DNA of 64,000 nt from Candidatus Limnocylindrales bacterium (GCA_035308445.1 DATGGQ010000030.1:52598-116597); one strand, 5' to 3'. Positions 7,896 through 17,539 are shown, counted from the first letter of the stretch. A program made the numbers and translations. The notes: generated by a model from the sequence alone, not told the origin.

Positions 7896-8776
7896 CCGCG
7901 GCCGCGACCGGCCGGCGCTGGGGCCTCGTTCGGCGCCGGGCGGCTCTCGCCAGCATCGTCGTCGGGCTCGCCCTCGCCTTCGCGACCGCAGCGACCGGAC
8001 GCCTCGCCGGCCCGCCGCTCTACGACGGCGTGACCCAGGTCGAGCCGTACGTCTGGCTGGACCCACCCCCGAACCACCCCGGCAACCCCTCGAGCGGCGC
8101 GGCGACGCTGCCGGTCAAGGGCGGATCGAGCCCGCTGGTCACGGTCGCCACCCAGGAGCTCACGCCGCAGGCCCAGCTGTTCGCGGTTCCCGGAGCCCTC
8201 GTGATGCCGCCGGCCACGACCTCGCTGCAGGTCTCGATCACGCCGGTCCAGCCGACCGCCCTGCCGACCGACGGCCACATCCTCGGCAACGTCTACCGAA
8301 TCCTCGTGACGACGCAGGCCGGATCGCCTGTCACCGCGCCCGCGTCGGCCAAGGTCAGCGTCATCCTGATGGCCCCCGATCCGACGACGACCCAGGCGAC
8401 GATGGGCCTCTTCGCCAACGGCACGTGGACGACCCTCGACACGACGCCCGAAGGGCAGGCGGCCGAGTTCCTGGCCGTGATCACCCAGTTCGGGGACTTC
8501 GCGCTCATCGGACCCGGTGTCGGCCCGAGCGCCGTTGCCTCGGCCGGACCCGGCGCGACCGTCGCGGGCGGCACGCCGGTGATCGGCCCGCCGACCGTGG
8601 TCCCCGGCAGCGAGACGCCGGGCGGCGGGATCCCGACGGTCACGATCGCTGCCGGCATCGCGATCGGCCTTGTCCTGGCGGGCCTCGTCGCCGTCGCGAT
8701 GCTGCCCGGTCGACGCCGTCGCGCGGTCGATCGCGACGGCTGGTCGAGGCGGCCGCCTCCACGGACCCGTCGCTAG
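7892..8776 (+). CDS. Secreted membrane-anchored protein, paralog B of the same unknown family as 4974..5759
   Basis: GTGA overlap with the CPBP stop. Signal peptide, blocks PLYDGVTQVEPY, PQAQLFAVPGALVMPPATTSLQVSITPVQP, GNVYRILVT, QFGDFALI, then C-terminal TM helix and RRRR tail. Confidence 0.6.
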   Translation: MTAAATGRRWGLVRRRAALASIVVGLALAFATAATGRLAGPPLYDGVTQVEPYVWLDPPPNHPGNPSSGAATLPVKGGSSPLVTVATQELTPQAQLFAVPGALVMPPATTSLQVSITPVQPTALPTDGHILGNVYRILVTTQAGSPVTAPASAKVSVILMAPDPTTTQATMGLFANGTWTTLDTTPEGQAAEFLAVITQFGDFALIGPGVGPSAVASAGPGATVAGGTPVIGPPTVVPGSETPGGGIPTVTIAAGIAIGLVLAGLVAVAMLPGRRRRAVDRDGWSRRPPPRTRR

Positions 8777-10005
8777 GCGGTTTCCGCGACCACCGCCTCG
8801 CGCCGACCGCCGCCGGCGCGCTGGACCACCAGCTCGGCCGTCGAGCCCTGGACGAACAGCGTGAACAACACGATGCCGAACGCGATCTCCTGGAGCAGGC
8901 CGCGCTGCGGCAGGTCGGCCGGCAGCGAGAGGGCCATCGCCACGGCGACCGCGCCCCGCAGCCCGGCCCAGAACAGGACATGGAGCCAGCCCAGCGGCAT
9001 GTGGCCGGTGCCGCGGGCCTGCCCGATCAGGCGCGACGCGCCGCCGAGCAGGCCGTAGACGACGACGGCCCGGCCGACGACGATCGCGACGACCCCCCAC
9101 GCGATCCAGGCGGCCGCCTGGACGAGCGCCGCGAGCGAGATCGCCAGACCTACGAGCAGGAACGCGAACGCGGTCAGCAGGAAGGCGATGAACTCCCAGA
9201 CCGTGTCGAGCGCCTCCCGGGTCCGCTCGCTCATCCCGACCCGGCGGCCGTAGCTGCCGATCACGATCCCCGAGGCCAGCGTGGCAATGACGCCGGACTG
9301 GTTGAGCCCGTCGGCGAGCAGGTACGTGCCATACGCCGCGACGAGGGACAGGCTCAGCTCGATCGGGTGGTCGTCGACGAGGGCCATGAGGCGCGTCGCG
9401 ACGAACCCGCCCGCGACGCCGATCGCCGTGCTGGCCAGGATGGCGACCGCGAAGGCGCCCACCTCGTCGGCGAGCGTGACGCCGCCGGCCAGCGCCCGGA
9501 TCGAGATCGCGAAGATGACGAGGGCCGTTCCGTCGTTGAGCAGGCTCTCGCCCTCCACGACCGTCCGCAGCTCGGTCGGCGAGCCGAGCTGGCGGAACGT
9601 CGCGATGACGGCCACCGGGTCCGTCGCCGCGACGATCGAGCCCACGACGAATCCAAGGCCGAGGTCCAGGCCGGCGGCGACGTGGAGGACGACGGCCACG
9701 AACGCGGCGGTGACGACGACGCCGGGCACGGCCAGCAGGGCGACTCCGCCGAAGGATCGCCGCAGCTCGCCGAGATCAAGGCCGAGCGAGGCCTCGAACA
9801 CGAGGCCCGGCAGGAGGACGAGGAGCACCAGCTCGGGCGTCACCTGGAGCTGGGCCGGGCTCAGGTCGGCGGCCAAGAGGCCGACGAGGACGAGCGTCAC
9901 CGTGTACGGGATCGCGAGGCGCCGGACGACGATGGCCACGATCGCGGCGACCGCCACGAGGGCGACGAACAGGCGGATGGCGTCGAGCGTCGCGGCGCTG
10001 GTCAT
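8773..10005 (-). CDS. Na+/H+ antiporter, CPA1 family (NhaP-type)
   Basis: 410 aa with 10-12 TM helices. Motifs FEASLGLD, ATDPVAV, ESLLNDGTALV are typical of NhaP/CPA1 exchangers. Confidence 0.8.
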   Translation of the reverse strand: MTSAATLDAIRLFVALVAVAAIVAIVVRRLAIPYTVTLVLVGLLAADLSPAQLQVTPELVLLVLLPGLVFEASLGLDLGELRRSFGGVALLAVPGVVVTAAFVAVVLHVAAGLDLGLGFVVGSIVAATDPVAVIATFRQLGSPTELRTVVEGESLLNDGTALVIFAISIRALAGGVTLADEVGAFAVAILASTAIGVAGGFVATRLMALVDDHPIELSLSLVAAYGTYLLADGLNQSGVIATLASGIVIGSYGRRVGMSERTREALDTVWEFIAFLLTAFAFLLVGLAISLAALVQAAAWIAWGVVAIVVGRAVVVYGLLGGASRLIGQARGTGHMPLGWLHVLFWAGLRGAVAVAMALSLPADLPQRGLLQEIAFGIVLFTLFVQGSTAELVVQRAGGGRREAVVAETA

Positions 10006-10163
10006 CGTCGCCGGATGCTAGTACCCCCGCTGGCCTGACCGAAGTACGGCTTGGCGCAATCTCCACCGAACCGTACGTTCCTGCCGACAGCGAGCCGGTT
10101 CCGCACTCATCCTCATCCGACCTTCATCCGCCGGCCCGAACTGTCGCGAAAGGCCCACATCGA

Positions 10164-10358
10164 ATGGCGTCGTTGGCTGTCAACGAGCTTGGCAAGATGC
10201 TGACTGCGTCCGAGGTTGCGGAGATGCTCCATCTCCACGTCAACACCGTGAAGCGGCTCGGCGATCGGGGCGAGCTCAAGTACTACAAGGTCTGCAAGCG
10301 CGGCGACCGCCGGTTCCTCCTCGAGGATGTCCGGCGCTTCCTCGACAACAACCGCTGA
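10164..10358 (+). CDS. Helix-turn-helix DNA-binding protein, excisionase/MerR-like family
   Basis: 64 aa. MLTASEVAEMLHLHVNTVKRLGDRGELKYYKVCKRGDRRFLLEDVRRFL matches the excisionase-family HTH pattern. It sits alone in a 400-bp gap. Confidence 0.5.
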   Translation: MASLAVNELGKMLTASEVAEMLHLHVNTVKRLGDRGELKYYKVCKRGDRRFLLEDVRRFLDNNR

Positions 10359-10411
10359 CCGCGCGCAGGTCCTGACCGGACCGCCGGGGCCCGAGGCCCG
10401 CGGCGGTCTCG

Positions 10412-11623
10412 TCATTCCCGGGCCGGGATCAGCCGGGCCGCGAAGGCCGTCGCCACGAGGCAGGCGATGACGGCGACGACGATCGCCAGCTCGATCGAGC
10501 GGGCCGCGAGGAACCCGCCGATCGCCGCCCCGACCGGGTAGCCGGCGAAGTTGAACGACATCGAGACCGCGAACGCCCGACCCATCCAGGCCGGATCGGT
10601 CCGGCGCTGGCGGACCGTGAACATCGCCACGTCCATCGGCCCGTTGACCAGCCCGAACAGGCCCATCGCCACGATCGGCGCCGTGAGGCCGAGGGGCAGC
10701 AGAAGGATCGTGGTCGAGGCGGCCATGCCCAGCATCGGAACGGCGATGAAGGTCCGCTCCCGGCCGCGCGTGTCGAGCCGGCCCGAGATCAGCCCGGCGA
10801 CCACGCCGGTGACGCCCGAGACCGCGAACACGAGGCCGACGGTCGCCTGGTCGAGGCCCAGCCGGTCGAGGACGATCAGCGGGACGACGATCGAGACGAT
10901 CCCGCCCGAGATGTTCAGGGTCGTGATCGAGAAGCCGAGGCCGCGGATCGTCAGGTTGCTCCAGGCGTACCTGAGGCCGTCCCAGGCGTCGCGGAGGAGG
11001 CGCCCCGACGTGGCCGTCTCGGTCGGCGGATCCGGCACGCCGATGACGATGATCGCGGCCAGCGCGAAGACCGCCGCGATCACGAGGATCGCGAGCGGGC
11101 CGCCGGTGAGCCCGACGAGCAGCGCCGCGACCGGCGGCCCGATGATCGTGGCGACGACGTAGCCGTTCGAGTCGACCGCGTTCAGGCGCTCCCACAGGTA
11201 TCGCGGCGCCATCAGCGGGAAGAGGCTCCGGAGGCCGGTGGCGCTCAGGGGGCCGGTGAGCGAGGCGAGGCCCGAGATGAGCACGAGCAGCCACGCCGGC
11301 AGGAGGTCGCCGATCGCCAGGGCCGCGATGAGCCCGAGCGAGCCGGCGGCGATCACGAAGTCGAGGGTGATGAGCCGAGTCCGGCCGTGGCGGTCCAGGA
11401 GCGCTCCGGCAATCGGGCTGACGAGCAGCCCTGGCGCGATGCCGGCGAACGTGACGATGCCCGCCAGCTCCGGCGAGTGGTACCGACCGAGCGTGAACAG
11501 CACGAGAGCAAGCCCGAGCATCGACTGGGCGATCCGGGCCAGCTGCATCCCCGACAGCGCCCGCCCGAGGTGCGGCACGCCGAGCAGGGCCCGGTACGAG
11601 GCGGTGGGGTTGGGCTCCGTCAC
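10412..11623 (-). CDS. MFS transporter
   Basis: 12-TM protein with the conserved MFS loop (GALLDRHGRTR). Start set at in-frame GTG 11621-11623, because the 5' part of the track ORF is antisense to the divergent acyl-CoA dehydrogenase gene. The start is uncertain: ATG 11546-11548 is an alternative. Confidence 0.7.
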   Translation of the reverse strand: MTEPNPTASYRALLGVPHLGRALSGMQLARIAQSMLGLALVLFTLGRYHSPELAGIVTFAGIAPGLLVSPIAGALLDRHGRTRLITLDFVIAAGSLGLIAALAIGDLLPAWLLVLISGLASLTGPLSATGLRSLFPLMAPRYLWERLNAVDSNGYVVATIIGPPVAALLVGLTGGPLAILVIAAVFALAAIIVIGVPDPPTETATSGRLLRDAWDGLRYAWSNLTIRGLGFSITTLNISGGIVSIVVPLIVLDRLGLDQATVGLVFAVSGVTGVVAGLISGRLDTRGRERTFIAVPMLGMAASTTILLLPLGLTAPIVAMGLFGLVNGPMDVAMFTVRQRRTDPAWMGRAFAVSMSFNFAGYPVGAAIGGFLAARSIELAIVVAVIACLVATAFAARLIPARE

Positions 11624-11633
11624 GCTCCCTAGA

Positions 11634-12878
11634 ATGCCGAACGTGCTCGACTTCCGCCCGACCGACGAGAACCGGCTCGTCCAGCGCACCGTCCGGGACT
11701 TCGCCGAGGACGAGATCCTGCCCCACATCCGCGAGTGGGACGAGCAGGGCGAGGTCCACCGCGAAGTCTTCGGGCGGATGGCCGCACTCGGCCTGCTCGG
11801 CGCCCCGATCCATGGCCGGTGGGGCGGCGCCGGGATGGACTACATCTCGTGGGCGATGATCTGCGAAGAGCTCGAACGGGCCGATACGGCATTCCGGGTC
11901 GTCCAGAGCGTCCACGTCGGGCTGAACTCGCTGACGCTCATGCAATGGGCGACCGAGGCCCAGAAGCAGCGCTGGCTCGTGCCCCAGGCAAAGGGCGAGA
12001 AGCTCGCGACCTTCGGTCTCACCGAGCCGGGTGTCGGCACGGACGCGGCGAACCTGGCCTCGACGGCCCGCCTCGACGGCGACGCGTACGTGCTGAACGG
12101 CCAGAAGCAGTGGATCAGCCTCGCCGACCTGGCCGACCACTTCCTCGTCTTCGCCTCGGTCGACCGGTCGAAGGGCTGGCGGGGCGTCACCGCGTTCGTC
12201 CTGGAGCGGGGCATGCTGGGACTAACGACCGGCACGCTGCACGGCAAGCTGGGGATTCGGGCCGGCAACACGGGCACGATCTCGATGGAGAACGTGCGCG
12301 TCCCGGTCGAGCACCGGATCGGCGAGGAGGGCGAGGGCTTCATCATCGCGATGAGCGCCATCGACCAGGGCCGGTACACGGTCGCCGCCGGGAACGTCGG
12401 CCTCGCCCAGGCGTGCCTCGACGCGTCCCTGAAGTACGCCCACGAGCGGCAGACCTTCGGCGAGGAGATCGGTCGCCACCAGCTCGTCAAGCAGATGCTC
12501 GCGAAGATGCTCGCGGGGACCGAGATGGGCCGGCTGCTCGTCTGGCGCGCGGGCTTCCTGAAGAACCACGGCGTTCGCAACACGCGGGAGACCTCGCTGG
12601 CGAAGTGGCACGCCACCGATCACGCGGTGGCCAGCGCCCTCGACGCGATCCAGATCCACGGAGCGAACGGCTACTCGAACGAGTTCCCGGTGGAGCGCTA
12701 CCTGCGGAACGCGAAAGCGTCGGTGATCTACGAGGGCACCTCGCAGCTCCACACGCTCATCCAGGCCGACTACGCCCTCGGCTATCGCGAGGACCATCCG
12801 CTCCGCTGCGAGCCGCTCCCGGCCGAGGGCTTCGAGCGCCTGCCGGCGGCCACGGCGACCCAGACCGGCCGCGCGTGA
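11634..12878 (+). CDS. Acyl-CoA dehydrogenase (glutaryl-/short-chain-like)
   Basis: MPNVLDFRPTDENRLVQRTVRDFAEDEILPH...YEGTSQLHTLI. Full acyl-CoA dehydrogenase fold signatures are present, including the catalytic Glu region near the C-terminus. Confidence 0.85.
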   Translation: MPNVLDFRPTDENRLVQRTVRDFAEDEILPHIREWDEQGEVHREVFGRMAALGLLGAPIHGRWGGAGMDYISWAMICEELERADTAFRVVQSVHVGLNSLTLMQWATEAQKQRWLVPQAKGEKLATFGLTEPGVGTDAANLASTARLDGDAYVLNGQKQWISLADLADHFLVFASVDRSKGWRGVTAFVLERGMLGLTTGTLHGKLGIRAGNTGTISMENVRVPVEHRIGEEGEGFIIAMSAIDQGRYTVAAGNVGLAQACLDASLKYAHERQTFGEEIGRHQLVKQMLAKMLAGTEMGRLLVWRAGFLKNHGVRNTRETSLAKWHATDHAVASALDAIQIHGANGYSNEFPVERYLRNAKASVIYEGTSQLHTLIQADYALGYREDHPLRCEPLPAEGFERLPAATATQTGRA

Positions 12879-12894
12879 GCGGGCGCGCCGGCCG

Positions 12895-14937
12895 ATGACG
12901 CCGGGCGAGCGGCGCACCCTCGCGACCCTCGCCTCGACCTTTGTTCCCGCCGCCGACGGCGAGCGGATCGCGGCCCTCGCCGACGAGGCCCTTGCCCGGG
13001 CCGCCGACCCGGCCCAGGTCAGCCAGCTCCGGCTCGTGCTCCGAGCCCTCGAGCTCGGGCCCGCCAATGGCGTCATGGCCGGTGCCTGGGGGCCGTTAAA
13101 CCGGCTGGACGCGGCGGCCCGCGAGCGGGTGCTGCTTGCCTGGGCCACGTCTCGGGTCCCCCAGCAGCGCGCGGCATTCGCCGCGTTCCGGCGGCTGCTC
13201 ACGTTCCTGGCCTACGCCGATCCCGGCCCGCCGGAGGCGCCGAACCTCCTGCCCGCAAGCATCGGCTACGACCCGGACCATCCGCCGATCACCGATGACC
13301 TGACGCCGATCCGGCCGCTCGACATCGACCGGGCCACGCACGGCTCGGACGCCACGGTCGAGCTCGAGGCCGACGTCGTCGTCGTCGGCTCCGGGGCGGG
13401 CGGCGGCGTGGTGGCCGCGGAGGCGGCCCGGGCCGGGCGCTCGGTCGTCGTGCTCGAGGCCGGGCCGTTCGTCGACGAGGCGACCATGCCACGGATCGAG
13501 CTCGACGCGTTCTCGCGCCTGTACCTCAACCATGGCCTGCTCTCGACGTGGGATGGCGCCGTGACGATCCTCGCCGGATCCGGCGTGGGCGGCGGGACGC
13601 TCGTGAACTGGATGACCTGTATCGACGCCCCGGCCGATGTCCGGGCGGAATGGGCCGCCGAGCACGGGCTCGACGGGGTCACGGATGGCGAATGGGTCGA
13701 GGACGTGGCGACCATCGAGCGCGAGCTGGGCGTCGCACCGGCGACGGTCGTCCCGCCGAAGGACGAGCTGATCCTCCGGGGGGCGGCCGCGCTCGGCTGG
13801 GAGGCGGACCACATCCGGCGCAACGCGAGCGACTGTGGCGTCTGCGGGTCATGCCCCTTCGGCTGCGTCGTCGGCGCGAAGCAGTCGGGGATCCGGGTCC
13901 ACCTGCGCGCCGCGTCGGAGGCCGGCGCCCGAATCGTCGATCGTGTCCGCGTGACGCGCGTCCTCGTGGAGGGCGGGCGCGCGGTCGGTGTCGAGGGTCG
14001 CCTGCTGGCCGCGGACCCGTTCAGCCACCTGCCGGTCACCCGCGCCGGCGACCCGACCGTTGCCGAGGTCCGGCGCCTGGTCGTCCGGGCGCCGCAGGTC
14101 GTCATCGCCGCCGGCGCGCTCCGCAGCCCGGCGGTGCTCCAGGCCTCGGGGATCGGCCATCCCGCGATCGGCCGCCACCTGCGCCTCCATCCCGTGTCCC
14201 TCGTCGCGGCCCTCATGGCCGAGCCCGCCGACATGTGGCGGGGCACGATGCAGGCGGCACGCTCGGTCCAGTTCTCGATGCCGGAGCCGGGCCGCCGCGG
14301 CTACGTCATCGAGTCGGCGCCGGGGCACCTCGGGCTCATCGCCCTCGCCCTGCCGTGGGCCGGCGCGGCGGACCACGCGGAGCTCATGGCCCGCGCCCGC
14401 CGGGTCGCGCCGCTCATCGCGGTCACGCGCGACGGGGGCGAGGGCCGGACGACGATGTCGCGTGCCGGCCGCGTCCGGATCGACTACCGGTTGGACGCCG
14501 AGGGCGTCGCGACGCTCCGGCACGCACTCGTCTCGATGGCCCGGATCGGACGGGCCGCCGGCGGCGTGTCGGAGCTCGTCGGCGTCGGCAGCCCGATGGT
14601 CCGGCACCGGCTGGACGGCGCCGACGAGGCCTCCCGCTTCGCCCGCTTCGAGGTCGACCTGGGCGCGACGGACTTCGCCCCGAATCGCGGCTCGGTCTTC
14701 TCGGCCCATCAGCTGGGCACGGTGCGGATGGGTGGCCGGTCCGCCGACCACGCGGCCGACCCGCGAGGCCATGTCCGTTCCGGCACGGGAGCCGGGGGCG
14801 GCATCGTCCGCGGGCTCTACGTCGCGGATGGCTCCACGTTCCCGACCGCGATCGGGGTGAACCCGATGCTGTCGATCATGGCGATGGCCCGGCGGATCAG
14901 CCGGACGGTGCTCGCGGAGTCGTCGACAGGGGGTTGA
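12895..14937 (+). CDS. GMC-family FAD oxidoreductase with N-terminal extension (fatty-alcohol-oxidase-like)
   Basis: FAD motif VVVGSGAGGG and the C-terminal GMC signature (HQLGTVRMG...YVADGSTFPTAIGVNPMLSIMA). ~140-aa N-terminal domain. 16 bp downstream of the acyl-CoA dehydrogenase, so a likely operon. Confidence 0.8.
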   Translation: MTPGERRTLATLASTFVPAADGERIAALADEALARAADPAQVSQLRLVLRALELGPANGVMAGAWGPLNRLDAAARERVLLAWATSRVPQQRAAFAAFRRLLTFLAYADPGPPEAPNLLPASIGYDPDHPPITDDLTPIRPLDIDRATHGSDATVELEADVVVVGSGAGGGVVAAEAARAGRSVVVLEAGPFVDEATMPRIELDAFSRLYLNHGLLSTWDGAVTILAGSGVGGGTLVNWMTCIDAPADVRAEWAAEHGLDGVTDGEWVEDVATIERELGVAPATVVPPKDELILRGAAALGWEADHIRRNASDCGVCGSCPFGCVVGAKQSGIRVHLRAASEAGARIVDRVRVTRVLVEGGRAVGVEGRLLAADPFSHLPVTRAGDPTVAEVRRLVVRAPQVVIAAGALRSPAVLQASGIGHPAIGRHLRLHPVSLVAALMAEPADMWRGTMQAARSVQFSMPEPGRRGYVIESAPGHLGLIALALPWAGAADHAELMARARRVAPLIAVTRDGGEGRTTMSRAGRVRIDYRLDAEGVATLRHALVSMARIGRAAGGVSELVGVGSPMVRHRLDGADEASRFARFEVDLGATDFAPNRGSVFSAHQLGTVRMGGRSADHAADPRGHVRSGTGAGGGIVRGLYVADGSTFPTAIGVNPMLSIMAMARRISRTVLAESSTGG

Positions 14938-15949
14938 CGCTGGCAGCCGTGACGACCCCGCGCCGGAGCCCGAGCTCGTCCGCGGTTGTCGCCGGATCGG
15001 CACCCGCCTCCTCGGACGGCGTGGCCTCGGCCCGGCTCACGCGCCCGCGGGCCGTGACGATCATCGCCACGGCCCCGATGATCACGGCCGACGAGACGAG
15101 CGTCCGGAGGCTGATCGGCTCGGCCAGGAACAGCGTCCCGAGGCCGACCGCCACGACCGGGTTCACGTAGGCATACGTGCCGATGAGCGACAGCGGGGCG
15201 TGCCGCAGGAGCCAGCCGTAGGTCGTGTAGGCGAGCATGCTGCCGAAGGCGGCGAGGTACAGGATCGCGAGGATCGACTCGGGCGAGATCGCGGACGGGT
15301 CGAACGTGCCGCCCTCGCCGATCAGGAAGCCCTCGACGAGCAGCAGCACCGACGCCGCGAGCATCTGGAGGCCCGAGGCGATGAGCGGGCGATGGGGCAG
15401 GTGGGCCTTCCTCGCGGCGTAGAGCGAGCCATGCGCCCAGCCCAGCGGTGCCAGCAGCAGCACGACGAGCCCGAACGCGTCGAAGTGGTTGGCGCCCGTG
15501 CCCGTCGGCCAGACCAGGGCTGCCACGCCGGCGAAGCCGACCACGATCCCGAGGCCGACGATGGGGCCGGGCCGCTCCCGGAAGTACAGCCAGCCGAGGA
15601 CCACGAACCAGACCGGCATCATCCCGATGAGGATCGCGGCGATGCCCGACGGCACGGTGCGCTCGCCGAGGGCCACGAACCCGTTCCCGACGGCCAGCAG
15701 CAGCCCGCCGACGATCACGGAGTCGAGGAGCTGTCGGCGGCTCGGCCAGTGGCGCGCCTCGGGGCTCCGGACGAGGTCCCAGGCGACGAGGGCCGCGCCC
15801 GCGATCACGAACCGGATGGCCGCCATGAAGAACGGCGGCACGGTCTTGATCGCGATCGCGATCCCGAAGTACGTCGAGCCCCAGATGACGTAGATGACGC
15901 CCAGCGCCAGCCACAGCCGGAGGCCCGTCGCCCGCGCGGCAGTTGGCAT
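14897..15949 (-). CDS. EamA/DMT-family transporter
   Basis: 10-TM protein with duplicated EamA halves (LWLALGVIYVIWGSTYFGIAIA...). ATG 15947-15949 chosen over the upstream TTG. The 3' end overlaps the GMC gene by 41 bp, convergently. Confidence 0.75.
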   Translation of the reverse strand: MPTAARATGLRLWLALGVIYVIWGSTYFGIAIAIKTVPPFFMAAIRFVIAGAALVAWDLVRSPEARHWPSRRQLLDSVIVGGLLLAVGNGFVALGERTVPSGIAAILIGMMPVWFVVLGWLYFRERPGPIVGLGIVVGFAGVAALVWPTGTGANHFDAFGLVVLLLAPLGWAHGSLYAARKAHLPHRPLIASGLQMLAASVLLLVEGFLIGEGGTFDPSAISPESILAILYLAAFGSMLAYTTYGWLLRHAPLSLIGTYAYVNPVVAVGLGTLFLAEPISLRTLVSSAVIIGAVAMIVTARGRVSRAEATPSEEAGADPATTADELGLRRGVVTAASVNPLSTTPRAPSG

Positions 15950-16051
15950 AGTCTGGTGGTCCAAATCAGGTCGAGACTAGCATCCGGCCGGCCCGCTCGC
16001 CACGGTTCGATTTGGTTGCGATTGGGTCCGCCGGCGAGCCGGCGCCGTGCT

Positions 16052-16831
16052 TCAGGCAGCGAGCGAGACCGGGCGGCAGTGGCGGCACGGCCGGTAGCCG
16101 GCAACCGTGGCCGCACGGAGCGATCCGAACCTGACCCGGTGTCGAGGAGTGACCCGCCGGGCGTCGCGACACGTCGGGTGGCAGACGATGTGGGTCGTGT
16201 CCGAGCCCACGTACCGGAAGCCCTCGGCCGCCTCGGCCTCGAGACCGGGCACGTCGACGCCCTCGGCCGCGAGCACGCGGCGCTTGTTGTCCGAGCCGCC
16301 CATCGAGTAGTTCCCGATGTGGCCGTCGCTCCGGACGACGCGGTGGCACGGCACGACGAGCGGGACCGGGTTGCGGGCCAGGGCCGTCCCGACCGCTCGG
16401 ACGGCCTTCGGGTGCCCGATCTCGGCCGCGATCCAGCCATACGGCCGGACCTCCCCGCGGGGGATCTCGAGCGCCTTCCGCCAGACGGCAGCCTCGAACG
16501 ACGTCGAGCCGCGGAGATCGAGCTCGATCCTGGCCCGGCGGTCGCCGCCGAGGCGGCGGGCGATCGACCGCGCCAGCTTCGGTGGCAGAGCCTCCGCCCG
16601 CGAGGCCGGCCGGCCCGTGTGGTCCGTGAGCGCCTGCTCGAAGCGGGCCGGGTCGCCGGCCAGGGCCACCCACGACACGCCGCGCCCGTTCCAGGCGACG
16701 AACACCTCGCCGAGCGGCGATTCCGTCGCGGCAAATCGATCGGCGAGGCCGAGCGCCACGAGCGTGTTGGTGGCGAGCGAGGCCGGAGCCGTCGCGCGAA
16801 GGGTCGCGAGCTGCATCTCGAGGGTCGTCAT
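16052..16831 (-). CDS. ogt: Methylated-DNA-protein-cysteine methyltransferase (Ogt) with C-terminal Ada-type Zn-finger domain
   Basis: GGAGG RBS 7 nt before ATG 16829-16831. MGMT active-site motif PCHRVV and NPVPLVVPCHRVVRSDGHIGNY. C-terminal 65 aa HIVCHPTCRDARR...GYRPCRHC resembles the Ada N-terminal Cys4 zinc-binding module. ATGA overlap with the upstream ECF sigma gene. Confidence 0.8.
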   Translation of the reverse strand: MTTLEMQLATLRATAPASLATNTLVALGLADRFAATESPLGEVFVAWNGRGVSWVALAGDPARFEQALTDHTGRPASRAEALPPKLARSIARRLGGDRRARIELDLRGSTSFEAAVWRKALEIPRGEVRPYGWIAAEIGHPKAVRAVGTALARNPVPLVVPCHRVVRSDGHIGNYSMGGSDNKRRVLAAEGVDVPGLEAEAAEGFRYVGSDTTHIVCHPTCRDARRVTPRHRVRFGSLRAATVAGYRPCRHCRPVSLAA

Positions 16832-17481
16832 GCGGGCACCTCCGCGGTCGCCAGTGGGCGGCCGCCATGGATCGGGGAGCGGGGTCGCACGATGGAGGTC
16901 GAGGCGACGTCGATCTCTCGAGGCTCGAGGCGGAGGCGCATCCGCTCGAGGCCGCGGGCGACCTGGGCCTTGATCGTGCCTTCCGGTCGGCCCAGGGCTT
17001 CCGCCGTCTCGGCGACCGAGAGGCCGTCGACATGGCGGAGGACGACGGCGGCTCGCATCGTCGGGGACAGGTCGAGGAGGGCCGACGCGAGGTCGGCGAT
17101 CGCCTCCCGTCGCGCCATGGCCTGGGCGCCGGCGTCGCCGCCGTCGTCGGCGGGATCGAAGCCGGTCGCGAGCATCGGCTCGAGGGAGCGCGGCGGCCGT
17201 CGATCCTCGAGCCGGCGACGCCGGTTCCGGGCGAGGTTCACGGCGATCGAAGCGAGCCACGGTCGCAGCCGGAGGTCGCGCGTCCGCTCGGCGGGATAGC
17301 CCGCGATCGCCCGATACGCGCGGATGAGCGCGTCCTGGGCCACCTCCTCGGCGTCGCGAGGGTCGCCGAGGAGGCGGAAGGCGATCGTGAACAGCCGGTT
17401 CGAGTGATCGGCCACCAGGGCCGGGAACGCCTCGTCGAGGTCGGCCGCGAGCCGGCTCGCGAGGTGCGCGTCGGTGTCCAT
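16828..17481 (-). CDS. RNA polymerase sigma factor, ECF subfamily
   Basis: Region 2 (LIRAYRAIAGYP...WLASIAVNLARNRRRR) and region 4 (DGLSVAETAEALGRPEGTIKAQVARG) are present. The start is ambiguous: ATG 17479-17481 is chosen, GTG 17494-17496 is the alternative. Confidence 0.8.
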   Translation of the reverse strand: MDTDAHLASRLAADLDEAFPALVADHSNRLFTIAFRLLGDPRDAEEVAQDALIRAYRAIAGYPAERTRDLRLRPWLASIAVNLARNRRRRLEDRRPPRSLEPMLATGFDPADDGGDAGAQAMARREAIADLASALLDLSPTMRAAVVLRHVDGLSVAETAEALGRPEGTIKAQVARGLERMRLRLEPREIDVASTSIVRPRSPIHGGRPLATAEVPA

Positions 17482-17539
17482 CGCCTCTCTCAACACGGCC
17501 TCCGTCGGAACGGTTGCAGTGTGCGCGAGGCGGCCGCCG

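Noticed and set aside
10412-11728. Full 438-aa MFS ORF starting at ATG 11726-11728
   Set aside because: The first 35 codons are antisense to the divergent acyl-CoA dehydrogenase start and lack an MFS-like sequence. The start was moved to the internal GTG.
14897-14937. 41-bp convergent overlap of the GMC oxidoreductase and EamA genes (and similar 68-bp overlap at 19206..19273)
   Set aside because: Probably real C-terminal tails of low complexity or a slightly mis-set stop. It is not evidence of a frameshift or a novel feature.
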